Positions 27,366-36,369 of a DNA stretch of 60,097 bases are shown here, in pieces. The notes below the pieces were generated by a model. It did not search any database. It was not told where the DNA came from and saw only the letters and a list, made by a program, of their open reading frames with translations. This DNA is from a virus. A program made the translations under genes and the position numbers. The stretch lies in the IMG/VR virus record IMGVR_UViG_3300025821_000001, one strand, 5' to 3'. Each line of letters starts with the position of its first letter. Position 1 is the stretch's first letter.

Positions 27366-28430
27366 TTACCAAGCCTGAGATAAATCTATTTTTCCATCCT
27401 TGTACGCTTGGGTCAGCTTATCTATTTTATTGCCTCCCGTAACGTCCCTTTCTCGGCTAGAAGATTTATTCGGACTCATTGTGTTGTTTTTAAAATCCTG
27501 TTTAATTACCTTGCCTCGTCCCTGACCGTTTCCGTGACCTAATGCAATTTTCATTAGTTCTTTCACTCTACGACCAGCTATTAGGTCTTGAATCAGTCCC
27601 TCCTTATCGGCAGAGCCATCTTCTTTTACATAGTTGTTTGAGAAGTAGTTTGGAAGGTCTGACACTGCCTTTTGCAACATCTCTTTATCTTCCGCACTTG
27701 GTTCGTATTCAACTACATTGCCACCTCCTAGATCAAAACTTAAGGTCTTAAGTTCACTCACTACTTCGTTGGCTAATTGCGTTCTTGCATTAACAATTTC
27801 TTTTTGTTGGGCTTCAAACGCTTGTTTCTGTTGACTAACATACTCCTCAATAACCGAATCTTTTGAGGTTGGTACATTTCCACCAGCAGGAACTTCCAAT
27901 TTAATCTGAGATTGTTTCTCCTTTAATTCGGAGAGATATTTCTTACCCTCAGACTTCATCTTAATGAACTCCCTGTTTAACAATTTTACAGTGTCCTCAT
28001 CGTCCTCATCAACGTCTTCATCGCTGAACTGAATAGGATATTTCTCCTCTAAAAGTGTTATAGCTTCATTTTCTGAATAACCTTGTCCTTTAAGACCGTC
28101 AATCAAAAGAGTGGCTACTGTATCTACATCATTAACATCTACGCTGTCTAAATCTCGCGTTGCTAATTCTATATTTTCTTTATTCTCTTTATAGTAACTT
28201 AAAAAATTAAAAGGCTCTACTTGTTCCTTTACCTCCTCAGCTTCTTTAATTTCTTCTTGTGCGAGAGTCTCTACCTTTTCCGCTTCTTCTGTTTGTGATT
28301 GCTCAACAGCAACTCCTTCCTCAGTAGACTGCTCTTCATTTGTTGTTACTTCCTCTTTTTGCCCTCCACCTTCAGCTTGTCGTTGTTTTGCGGCTGCTAA
28401 TTCTGCGAACATTTTTTCTTCTTCATCCAT
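27366..28430 (-). CDS. scaffolding protein (by position and composition)
   Basis: 354 aa, very acidic E/Q/K-rich helical composition; lies between the portal-like and capsid-like genes. Confidence 0.5.
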   Translation of the reverse strand: MDEEEKMFAELAAAKQRQAEGGGQKEEVTTNEEQSTEEGVAVEQSQTEEAEKVETLAQEEIKEAEEVKEQVEPFNFLSYYKENKENIELATRDLDSVDVNDVDTVATLLIDGLKGQGYSENEAITLLEEKYPIQFSDEDVDEDDEDTVKLLNREFIKMKSEGKKYLSELKEKQSQIKLEVPAGGNVPTSKDSVIEEYVSQQKQAFEAQQKEIVNARTQLANEVVSELKTLSFDLGGGNVVEYEPSAEDKEMLQKAVSDLPNYFSNNYVKEDGSADKEGLIQDLIAGRRVKELMKIALGHGNGQGRGKVIKQDFKNNTMSPNKSSSRERDVTGGNKIDKLTQAYKDGKIDLSQAW

Positions 28431-28489
28431 GATAATTCTCTATTTGATTATAATTTCTTAACGTTATGTTAATATTAATTTTATATTTG

Positions 28490-28497
28490 CAAAGTTA
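28490..28497 (-). promoter_or_regulatory. promoter -7 box TAACTTTG (scaffold/capsid unit)
   Basis: Part of the 17-mer TGCAAAGTTACAAAGAA, identical to the one at 30962-30978; 59 nt upstream of ATG 28430. Confidence 0.5.
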
Positions 28498-28510
28498 CAA
28501 AGAATATATT

Positions 28511-30940
28511 TTATATATTTGGCTTGGTACTTACGTTAACTGACGGTAAGCGAACTCCACTAGCTTTTGGCATCCCAAGTTTCTCGTAATTTTCTTTTGA
28601 TTTTCCTCCACCTTCTTCTCTTCCTGCCCCATCCATAGCCGTTTCTATCTGCTCTATCTTAAGGTCACCCTCTACAAGAATCTCGTTTATTTTCTCTTTG
28701 TGGTCTTGTGCTGATTGCTGTCCCTCTAACATATACTTAGCTTTCATCTTACGCATTTCAAGGTTAAAGAGGAACATCTCTTTTTCCTTTTGCATTTGAA
28801 GCTGTACTTGTGCTAATTGTTGTTGGGCTTGTGCTTGAGCGATTGGTGCTTGTTGAGCCATAGCCGCTTTTTCCTCTGCGTACTTATCTTCCCAAAGTTG
28901 CATATACCTAGCAGCAGATTTAATATCTTCTTTTGCAAGGTCTCTTAACACATATATGTCTGATACTTTAATTACTCCCGCAGCAATAGCACTTTGAAGT
29001 GTGGATTCAAAGAATGCTTGCTCTACTATATCAGGTGCTACTTCTATGAACTGACCAAACTGCATAGCCGAAAGATCGTTTGCAAACTTTAGTGTTTCAG
29101 TTGAGCCTTTTCCAATAGCCATTTCGTAGTCATCTAACTTTCCTCCATATTCAATAGAGTCTTGTACCATAAGTACAATCTGAGAACAAGCTCTTGAAAC
29201 TACATTTCTGTATGAGTCATCTAAAACTCTTGTAGTGTCGTTTCTGTTTTGTGCTGCTATCTTCTCGTTTCCTACTAAAGCCTTTACGTCAGGTGCGCCT
29301 ACTGTTGAGATAGGTATTCCCGATACTAAACTCATGTCTTGTATAATAGATGCTGCTCTGTTCTCTAGTTGCATCAATAGACTTAGGTCGGGTGGTGGAA
29401 GGTCTCTAATTGGAATGTGATTTCCTGTGGGGGAGATTGGTTCTCCATCTTCTCTTACTGATGAATAGTAGTAAGTTCCCGTTGCCTTATAAATGTCGTG
29501 TAATACTCTTGGGGTTATTTGCTCCTCCCCAAGTGCGTTTGAAACTGCTGCTGCGGCTGCTACGTCTACTGCTACTCCTTGTGGAGTCATGTTTGCAATA
29601 GCTCTTTGTGCTTGTAGTCTTGTAATGCAAAGTTGATCTACCAATGGAATAAGTCTCTCCATAATAGATGTGTTCTGCATATCGTACATATCTGCACTGA
29701 AAGCAACCCAACTGAAAGATGTGTCTGTTGATTGTTGAAAACCTTTTAGTTTTTCTCTTTGTTGGTTTTCTTTTATCCCGTAGTCGTAAATAAGGTCTGT
29801 ACCGATGATTAACTTTGCCTTGTAGATGTTGTTAATCTTCTTTTCTACAACCTCGTTCTTCTTGTCCTTTATCTTCTTAGGGCTTCCGTTTTTATCTTTT
29901 AGGTCTACCCTACGATAAAATACTCCCCCACCTTTCTCTTTTACTTCTTCGTACTGATACTTGTCTTGTGACCTGTACTCAGCGTTAAGTACCTTTATCT
30001 TAAATCTTCCGTAAGGTCGGTAAGAGTTTGTTGTAAGTGTGTTGTAATATTGTAAGTCCCAACCTGTATCCCATCCACTGTTTCCATAGCGGGTGGCGGC
30101 TGATTGTGCTATCTTAGCTAGTTCCTTTTCTGTGAAATTTGAGTTCTCTGCAATCTCGTCAAGGGTGATGTACTCATACTCCCCCATCCACTTACAGTTT
30201 CTAAAATCATCGTAGTCTGTGTAATCTGATATAAAGTTTACAAGGTCTGCAACCCTCATCTTTATATCGTACTCGTTATCAAATGCTAGATGTAGTATAA
30301 GTCTGTTACATACCGCAGCATCTCTAATTACCTTTCTTCTTATTTCGGGGAAGCGGTTACTCTCCATTACGAAGTCTAATGCTTTTTGCATTGCTTCTGA
30401 GTAACTATCTTTAAAGTTTAGTTTAAGGTGAAGTTCTATTTCTCTGTCACCTTTTAGTTGGGAGGCTTCCTCTTTGTTTACCTTAGAGGATATATCTACT
30501 CCTAACTTATTTAACTCAGCTTCTTTTTGTATAAGAAGTGCTTGAGCCTTTAGTCTTCTGTATTCTTTATCGTATTCTGTACTTGCTAATGGAGATATGC
30601 TTTTTATTTTTAGCTTTAACCCTTGGTTCTCTAATCTCCCAACCAATGAATCAATTATTGCGGGGGCAGGGGTAGAAACATTCCAATTAAGGTTTAGCTG
30701 TGATGTGTTTCCATCAAGTGAGAGTTGTGGTTTGTACTTATCTATATCCTGCTTTCCCGCAGCATACTTTCTAAGGTTTACAAACTTTCTTCTATTGTCG
30801 TCATAGTTTCCAACAATATCTCTTGAAGACTCAAAATATACTGCTTTAATCCATTCAGAGTTCCACTGAAGACCCTTTTTGTCGGATTGACTAACGTTGT
30901 CAGATGGGTAAGGTGGGAAGTTGGACTTCTTTTTCTGCAT
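28511..30940 (-). CDS. portal protein (by position and size)
   Basis: 809 aa immediately downstream of the large terminase and upstream of scaffold and capsid; Q/A-rich helical C-terminus. Confidence 0.6.
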   Translation of the reverse strand: MQKKKSNFPPYPSDNVSQSDKKGLQWNSEWIKAVYFESSRDIVGNYDDNRRKFVNLRKYAAGKQDIDKYKPQLSLDGNTSQLNLNWNVSTPAPAIIDSLVGRLENQGLKLKIKSISPLASTEYDKEYRRLKAQALLIQKEAELNKLGVDISSKVNKEEASQLKGDREIELHLKLNFKDSYSEAMQKALDFVMESNRFPEIRRKVIRDAAVCNRLILHLAFDNEYDIKMRVADLVNFISDYTDYDDFRNCKWMGEYEYITLDEIAENSNFTEKELAKIAQSAATRYGNSGWDTGWDLQYYNTLTTNSYRPYGRFKIKVLNAEYRSQDKYQYEEVKEKGGGVFYRRVDLKDKNGSPKKIKDKKNEVVEKKINNIYKAKLIIGTDLIYDYGIKENQQREKLKGFQQSTDTSFSWVAFSADMYDMQNTSIMERLIPLVDQLCITRLQAQRAIANMTPQGVAVDVAAAAAVSNALGEEQITPRVLHDIYKATGTYYYSSVREDGEPISPTGNHIPIRDLPPPDLSLLMQLENRAASIIQDMSLVSGIPISTVGAPDVKALVGNEKIAAQNRNDTTRVLDDSYRNVVSRACSQIVLMVQDSIEYGGKLDDYEMAIGKGSTETLKFANDLSAMQFGQFIEVAPDIVEQAFFESTLQSAIAAGVIKVSDIYVLRDLAKEDIKSAARYMQLWEDKYAEEKAAMAQQAPIAQAQAQQQLAQVQLQMQKEKEMFLFNLEMRKMKAKYMLEGQQSAQDHKEKINEILVEGDLKIEQIETAMDGAGREEGGGKSKENYEKLGMPKASGVRLPSVNVSTKPNI

Positions 30941-30963
30941 TATTTATTGTCAGATTTTCTCTG

Positions 30964-30971
30964 CAAAGTTA
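30964..30971 (-). promoter_or_regulatory. promoter -7 box TAACTTTG (portal unit)
   Basis: Same 17-mer as at 28488-28504; 23 nt upstream of ATG 30940. Confidence 0.5.
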
Positions 30972-31048
30972 CAAAGAAAAAATAACATTAATTTAATACA
31001 TAATTAATCTTCAAAAAGACCGATTGATTCTTATGATACGAGAAAAGT

Positions 31049-33172
31049 TTATATTAGTTTAGAAGTTCTCCCTGTATTGTCATACCTACGAACTAAATCA
31101 TCTAGACCTATCTTCTTAGACTTATAAAGAACTCTTGGTATGGCGTGTAATGCTAACATATCTGCTACAGCCTCATCGTAAGGTGTCCAATTATCTGCCT
31201 CAAATCCCCTCCACTCTTTTAGGCCTTCGTTAAAATCACAGATACCAAACTCTAATTTTTCTTTGTCTATCATACCTACACTCTGTTCTATATAGGTACG
31301 AAGTTTATTTATCATTGTCTGTCTTGTGTCTTCGGGGCGGGTGTTGACTCCCTCCTTTCTGTCTTTTGGTCTAAGTGGGTCAGGGAGTATAATTCCTTTA
31401 TATCCCCAATTTTTCCATTGACGAATCATACCCCTACCTGCGTTGTTCTCTATAAGAGCCATAGAGGAATAGAACACACACTGCTTTAATAGATCGTCAA
31501 ACATCTGCTCTGCTGTCTTAGGTCTGTAAACATACCTACACACCTTAGTTGGTCTAGAAAAGAACTGCCCTACGTTGCACCAAGTCGTCCCCGCTGCGTC
31601 TGAACCTTTTTCTACTGTGCTATCTGCTTCGTAGGGGTCAATACCAGTGTAACACTCTTTGTGTATTGGTACAAGTCCGTCAAAATCTCTTTTAAAACAG
31701 TTTCTATAATCTTCGGGGGGCATCCAAGATACTTCCCATCTTCCTTCGGGGTGTGGGTAAAACTCAACGTGGTTCTTTTCTGAGCCTATCCATTCAAAGT
31801 TCCCTCTTCGTGGTTTGGTGTCTGAGTCTAGGTTGTACTTTATTTGGTCGTTGAGGTTCTGTAAGTTAAAGGGGCTTACACCTCTTTCCACTGCAAAGGC
31901 TTCACTAATCTCTAAGGGGTATTTACGAATGAACTGTATAAGATCGTTTCCCGAAAGAAGCTCTCTTTGTTTAAGTATTACTGTTCTTGCCGCTTCTCTG
32001 TTCGAGTAGCCCCATTCATCTATTGTGGATTGAAGTAGTGACTCATCTATCTTTGCACCTTTTATATCCTTGGGGTCAAACCTATATCCCCAATCTGCCC
32101 CTTGAAAATAGCCCCACAGACCTGAGCCTGTTTGACCAAGTGAGTTTCTTTTTGTTACGTCACTCCTTTCAAACATTCTTTGAAAAGGGATAAGTGTTTT
32201 TCCTCCGATGTTCTCCGCAGTAGATGTCATAATCATCTTACCCCAAGCGGTAGCACCATCAGCCATTGTCTCTCTGTTTACGTTGTAGAGTTCGTTAATG
32301 TCACATCCCTCAATCTTAGATGCCTCATCCACAAACATTCTAAACATACCCTCTGAGTCATAGGCGTGTTCTGTTGTGCTGCGGTGGTCTATCCAAGAGT
32401 TAAGTACATCCTTTTCGGTGTACGTCTGCGTCTTTGAACTTCTCTTAGCACTTTGCTCAAACCTTAATACGTTTGACGGATTACTGTCTCCTGAGTGTTC
32501 GGGGTAAATGAATGGGTGCTTTGGTAATTCTCTCCACATTCTCACTAATCTTTTGAAAAGTGACTTAGCGATTGTAGAGGTTTGTGCTTGCATACCCACA
32601 CACGCTTCGGGGGTGAGTGTAACAGCGTTAAGCATGATTGACAGTGCCTTTGACGATTTTCCTGATCTTCTTCCTGATATAAACATCATTCCAAAACAGA
32701 AGTCATGTAACTCTGCTTGTCTCCAAAAAAGGTAGAAGTTTCTGTCCGAGTCAACAAAGTTTGGAAGTGCTTTTACTTTCTTCTTTATTCCCCTTTTATC
32801 CTCAGTAAGTACGTCAATCTTTATAAAGTTTAGGTAGTACCAATGGTCTCCTGTTATGTACTCTAATACATCTCCGTTGTAAAACCAATACCCCTCTGTT
32901 CTATATTTGTATAGCTCATACAGAAACTCATCACTTTCCTTTTCGTCAAGGTGCTTAAATCCTATACAGCTATCTTCGTCATACATTAACTCAGGGAACT
33001 TAATAGGTCTGAACTTCCTCTCTTTTTTTGGGAGTCCGTAGTTAGCTATTTTTGTAGCTTTTGGTGGGGCAGGGATGCAGTCTATATCTAAGCCGTTTAT
33101 TACCGACTCAGGTGTAAAGGAGTCATACATCTCCTGACACTGCTCTCTATCTCTGTAACTCCTAGTCTTCAC
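31049..33172 (-). CDS. terL: terminase large subunit
   Basis: 707 aa; Walker A SGRRSGKSS; Walker B MFVDEAS; acidic nuclease-type C-terminal half (TGIDPYEAD); lies upstream of the portal. Confidence 0.85.
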   Translation of the reverse strand: MKTRSYRDREQCQEMYDSFTPESVINGLDIDCIPAPPKATKIANYGLPKKERKFRPIKFPELMYDEDSCIGFKHLDEKESDEFLYELYKYRTEGYWFYNGDVLEYITGDHWYYLNFIKIDVLTEDKRGIKKKVKALPNFVDSDRNFYLFWRQAELHDFCFGMMFISGRRSGKSSKALSIMLNAVTLTPEACVGMQAQTSTIAKSLFKRLVRMWRELPKHPFIYPEHSGDSNPSNVLRFEQSAKRSSKTQTYTEKDVLNSWIDHRSTTEHAYDSEGMFRMFVDEASKIEGCDINELYNVNRETMADGATAWGKMIMTSTAENIGGKTLIPFQRMFERSDVTKRNSLGQTGSGLWGYFQGADWGYRFDPKDIKGAKIDESLLQSTIDEWGYSNREAARTVILKQRELLSGNDLIQFIRKYPLEISEAFAVERGVSPFNLQNLNDQIKYNLDSDTKPRRGNFEWIGSEKNHVEFYPHPEGRWEVSWMPPEDYRNCFKRDFDGLVPIHKECYTGIDPYEADSTVEKGSDAAGTTWCNVGQFFSRPTKVCRYVYRPKTAEQMFDDLLKQCVFYSSMALIENNAGRGMIRQWKNWGYKGIILPDPLRPKDRKEGVNTRPEDTRQTMINKLRTYIEQSVGMIDKEKLEFGICDFNEGLKEWRGFEADNWTPYDEAVADMLALHAIPRVLYKSKKIGLDDLVRRYDNTGRTSKLI

Positions 33173-33500
33173 GATGTATAAAGTTCATAATACTGCCAAC
33201 AGCAGCTTTCTCCTTTAGTGATGTTTTATCATCTAGGTTAAGTCCGTTAGTCTTTAAGTCTTGTATTCTCTTTACAATTTCGGGGAGGTCTTTTAAAAAC
33301 ATCTTACCCCTATCAAAAGTCTTGTCTTTAGCGTCCTCTAAGTTCTCAACTAAGTTATTACCCTCTAAATAGGTTATAATATCCTCAGCTTGCTTCTCAA
33401 GTGCTTTGATAGCTCTGTTTGATATATTGTCTGCTAACAGATACTCTATAATATCTATGTAGTCCTTCTCCTTTTTTCCTTTTAGCTTTTCTCGTAACAT
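33162..33500 (-). CDS. hypothetical protein, possible terminase small subunit (position only)
   Basis: 112 aa, helical and charged; overlaps the terL start by 11 nt. Confidence 0.3.
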   Translation of the reverse strand: MLREKLKGKKEKDYIDIIEYLLADNISNRAIKALEKQAEDIITYLEGNNLVENLEDAKDKTFDRGKMFLKDLPEIVKRIQDLKTNGLNLDDKTSLKEKAAVGSIMNFIHRED

Positions 33501-34219
33501 CCTAATATGTATTGAAATCTTACTGCGGCTAAATTATCAAATGGTAATTTGTTGTTGGTGGATTTAAGAAACACAACTTCTCCCTCAAGTCCGTACTTGT
33601 TTGGTCTAGCCACTCTTGCCCGACCTCTTTGGGTTACTTCTCTTTTAGTTCTATATATTCCATTTACTGCGCTATATTCCTCTCCTTCGTCTAAGACCTC
33701 AAGGATGACAAAATTATCCATTGACACCCCTTTAGATTCGTTATAGACGATAAAGTTAGGTCTAAGAAATACTTTATCTATGTAGTCAAACTGATAAGGG
33801 CTGTTTGTATATGTCCATACTACTTCTCCGTCTACTATAAACTTGTGTGTTTCGTACTCCTCCTTTTGAGATAAGTCTGTTATGATTAGGGAGTCTGTTT
33901 TCTTTTTTGCGGGGATTTTATCTGCGGGTATCATTACCCCACTTAACCACTCGTCACCTCTTTGTATAGCTATAATTGAGCTTTCGGGGAGATCTATGTA
34001 GTTCTTGCCGTCCTTCTTGTAAATACGTTTAGCCTCAAAGTGCATAAAGTAGGCTAAGTCACCTTCCCTAAACTTTGCAGCTATTGGGGTTTTAAGAATT
34101 TTTCCGTGCTTGGGGACTAGGTCGTGCTGTTCTCCTATTCTATCAAGGTATAAGCCTCCGTCTGTTTTATAAAAGGAGTCTACGTCCACCTCTATGTGGT
34201 AATGCTTTACTGGAATCAT
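33482..34219 (-). CDS. hypothetical protein (245 aa), weak GroES-like beta-barrel-type segments
   Basis: ORF track; TATCTTTG box upstream. Segments HGKILKTP...GDLAYF and FVILEVL...GRARVARP...GEVVFL loosely recall Cpn10 strands. Confidence 0.5.
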   Translation of the reverse strand: MIPVKHYHIEVDVDSFYKTDGGLYLDRIGEQHDLVPKHGKILKTPIAAKFREGDLAYFMHFEAKRIYKKDGKNYIDLPESSIIAIQRGDEWLSGVMIPADKIPAKKKTDSLIITDLSQKEEYETHKFIVDGEVVWTYTNSPYQFDYIDKVFLRPNFIVYNESKGVSMDNFVILEVLDEGEEYSAVNGIYRTKREVTQRGRARVARPNKYGLEGEVVFLKSTNNKLPFDNLAAVRFQYILGCYEKS

Positions 34220-34243
34220 TTACTCTAATTAACTTAATTATGG

Positions 34244-34251
34244 CAAAGATA
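34244..34251 (-). promoter_or_regulatory. promoter -7 box TATCTTTG
   Basis: 24 nt upstream of ATG 34219, immediately after the terminator of the preceding unit. Confidence 0.45.
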
Positions 34252-34255
34252 CAAA

Positions 34256-34287
34256 TAATAAAAAACCCCATCTTTTTACGGATGGGG
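34256..34287 (-). terminator. rho-independent terminator
   Basis: Minus strand CCCCATC-CGTAAAAA-GATGGGG followed by TTTTTT; 29 nt after the stop of 34316-34744. Confidence 0.75.
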
Positions 34288-34315
34288 CTAAACCTATAAA
34301 CTATGAAAACTAATA

Positions 34316-34744
34316 TTAAAGTGCGTTAAGTGCTGCGTTGAATTGAGCCAATGAAAGTGAATTAATATTTATATTTATAATACTACCATCTCCCTTTTTG
34401 TACTTAATAAGGCAAGATGAGTCTGTCAAGCGATAAGCCTCTTTCACTCTATCCGCGTTAATCGTGTACCCTAACCCTGCTGGTGTGAATAGTCTGGCAG
34501 TAAGCGTTACTAGCCCGAACTCGTTAGTGTTTGATGTAATACTAGCTAAATCACCATTGGCTTTTACATAGCTTACAGTAGATGATCCGCCTCCTATTTG
34601 ATCCTGCACTTTCCAAATAAGACCTTCGTAGACTGCTACTGTTGTGTCAGTTCCTCCTAATGTTATAAGTGAAACTATTTTTTGTGCGTAGCCACCGAAT
34701 GCGCATAGAGTGACTAAAGCTGCTGAAAGAAAAATGTTTTTCAT
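34316..34744 (-). CDS. secreted protein (142 aa) in a stand-alone transcription unit
   Basis: Signal peptide MKNIFLSAALVTLCAFGGYAQ-K; own TACCTTTG promoter box (34786-34793); own hairpin plus T-tract terminator (34256-34287). Confidence 0.65.
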   Translation of the reverse strand: MKNIFLSAALVTLCAFGGYAQKIVSLITLGGTDTTVAVYEGLIWKVQDQIGGGSSTVSYVKANGDLASITSNTNEFGLVTLTARLFTPAGLGYTINADRVKEAYRLTDSSCLIKYKKGDGSIINININSLSLAQFNAALNAL

Positions 34745-34785
34745 TTTTTTGTTTTGTGTTGTTGTGTTACTTTGAAATTTCGGTA

Positions 34786-34793
34786 CAAAGGTA
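34786..34793 (-). promoter_or_regulatory. promoter -7 box TACCTTTG (secreted-protein unit)
   Basis: 41 nt upstream of ATG 34744. Confidence 0.45.
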
Positions 34794-34803
34794 CAAATAT
34801 TTT

Positions 34804-35046
34804 TTAACTTATAACTTTACTTTTTTTCTGATTAAGGTCAGACCAAAAGTACTCTTCCCACTTTATAGCCTCTGTAATCATTTTATCTGTGGTGTCTACG
34901 TCCATCTTTCCTTGCCCTACTAAAGTGACCACGATGTTCGATGCGTACCTCTTTCCCTCTTGAATCTTAGCCATTGTGGCTAGTCTCTCTTGTAACTCTA
35001 ATTCTTTATTTCCCATTACGTTTGATTTTGGTTTTTTATATTCCAT
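34804..35046 (-). CDS. hypothetical protein (80 aa from internal ATG)
   Basis: ORF-track frame 34804-35115. I prefer the ATG at 35046 (MEYKKPKSN...), which overlaps the upstream stop by 11 nt. Confidence 0.45.
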   Translation of the reverse strand: MEYKKPKSNVMGNKELELQERLATMAKIQEGKRYASNIVVTLVGQGKMDVDTTDKMITEAIKWEEYFWSDLNQKKSKVIS

Positions 35047-35410
35047 GTTGTTTTGCGTATTGTTTTCTTTTTCTATCTCCTTCTTTGTTTGACTTTGTAA
35101 CAAAGTAAAGGTCATCGTACATGAGGTAGATTAACTCTTCTCCCTCTTTGATTCCATACTCGTTAAGGATGTCTTTTTCTATGATCTCTGTTCCCCTGTC
35201 CTTATTGTAGAAAACCTCTTCTCCGACAGACATCAGCGTAGGTTGTGTTTCCCCTTCACTGTTTGACCATGCTTCGGCTATTTCTACAATGACTCCCCTA
35301 TCGTTTCTTTCTACTTCATCATCGGGTACAATAATACCACCCTTTGTTATTTTTTCGGGGGAGTTAGGTTTAAGAACTAACCACCGATTTACACATTTAA
35401 TTTTACTCAT
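35036..35410 (-). CDS. GroES/Cpn10-like co-chaperonin (T4 gp31 analogue)
   Basis: IKCVNRWLVLKPNSPEKITKGGIIVPDDEVERNDRGVIVEIAEA...MSVGEEVFYNKDRGTEI aligns by eye with GroES [44 protein letters not shown]...VKVGDIVIF. Confidence 0.6.
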   Translation of the reverse strand: MSKIKCVNRWLVLKPNSPEKITKGGIIVPDDEVERNDRGVIVEIAEAWSNSEGETQPTLMSVGEEVFYNKDRGTEIIEKDILNEYGIKEGEELIYLMYDDLYFVTKSNKEGDRKRKQYAKQHGI

Positions 35411-35696
35411 AATACCCTGCCATTTTTAACATTAATTCCATTTCTTTCTCATCTGAGTTAGGCTTCTTGTTTGTTACCTCTACCCCTGAGAAATCCCCTT
35501 CAAAGCTCTTAAACTCAAACGGTGTTCCGTCTTCATCTTCTGCAACGATAAGAAATGCTTTCTCTTTGAACTTAGCCTCGTGGTATTTATTTCTCCGTAT
35601 CTCAATAATCCTGCATCCGTTTATTGTCTGCTCGATTTTATATCTTGAAACGTACCCCCCAACGTGGTCTACTCGTATTGCGTATATTGTTTCCAT
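35403..35696 (-). CDS. hypothetical protein (97 aa from internal ATG)
   Basis: ORF-track frame 35403-35741. The ATG at 35696 (METIYAIRVD...) avoids a 41-nt overlap with the upstream gene. Confidence 0.5.
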   Translation of the reverse strand: METIYAIRVDHVGGYVSRYKIEQTINGCRIIEIRRNKYHEAKFKEKAFLIVAEDEDGTPFEFKSFEGDFSGVEVTNKKPNSDEKEMELMLKMAGYYE

Positions 35697-35700
35697 CTCT

Positions 35701-36063
35701 TTATTTAAACGTAAAGTTTCTTTTAATAAGATTGTTGTCAAAGACTAAATCCTTTTTCCACACTCTGTAACAGTCCTCAATAAAGTCTGAGATTGTTTTT
35801 GGTGCGGGGAGTACTGTGGATTCAAACTGATCTGCTTCATCTCTTATACAATATAGTACCGTATCTGTCTCTTCATCATGGATAGTTGAGAATAGCTCCC
35901 AATCATCTCCTACTACAACTTCGGGAAAAGCAAAGGTCTGTTCTACAGCCTCTATACTAAACTCTTGTCTGTAGGTGTTAATGATGTTACAGATAGTAAC
36001 CTTCCAATCTTTTGCGGGGAAGACCTCATCCTCTAAAAAATCACTTAATGGCTTTGCTTGCAT
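35701..36063 (-). CDS. hypothetical protein (120 aa)
   Basis: ORF track; TAGATTTG box 24 nt upstream. Confidence 0.55.
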   Translation of the reverse strand: MQAKPLSDFLEDEVFPAKDWKVTICNIINTYRQEFSIEAVEQTFAFPEVVVGDDWELFSTIHDEETDTVLYCIRDEADQFESTVLPAPKTISDFIEDCYRVWKKDLVFDNNLIKRNFTFK

Positions 36064-36087
36064 ACTTTATTGATTATCTTTATATTG

Positions 36088-36095
36088 CAAATCTA
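36088..36095 (-). promoter_or_regulatory. promoter -7 box TAGATTTG
   Basis: 24 nt upstream of ATG 36063. Confidence 0.4.
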
Positions 36096-36131
36096 CAACT
36101 TATATCTTACCTACGCAAGGAATATTTTATG

Positions 36132-36139
36132 TAATTTTG
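36132..36139 (+). promoter_or_regulatory. promoter -7 box TAATTTTG
   Basis: 8 nt upstream of ATG 36148 (near-leaderless arrangement). Confidence 0.35.
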
Positions 36140-36147
36140 TAATTAAT

Positions 36148-36369
36148 ATGGAAAAGCTAAAAATCACCTACCTTGACGAAGAGGGAAACGAGTCTTTTGA
36201 GGAATATACTGTTGACCCTGATGTGATTGATTATGTCTCTGATCTTGAGTTAGAGAGTGCTTATATGTTTGGTAACTGTATTGCCTTGCAGGAGGAGATA
36301 GAATCTCTTAAGTTGATTGTTGAGGGGTATAAAATCTTAGCCAGTGGTAAGACCCCAACAGAGAATTAA
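36148..36369 (+). CDS. hypothetical acidic protein (73 aa), lone plus-strand gene inside the minus arm
   Basis: ATG at 36148 (MEKLKITYLDEEGNE...) preceded by TAATTTTG at 36132-36139. It is the only ORF covering a 300-bp stretch. Confidence 0.45.
   Translation: MEKLKITYLDEEGNESFEEYTVDPDVIDYVSDLELESAYMFGNCIALQEEIESLKLIVEGYKILASGKTPTEN

Noticed and set aside
28482-28489. A plus-strand TATATTTG box overlaps the minus-strand promoter core through the palindrome TTTGCAAA.
   Set aside because: No plus-strand gene follows it, since the portal gene there is on the minus strand. It is probably a by-product of the palindromic core rather than a functional promoter.
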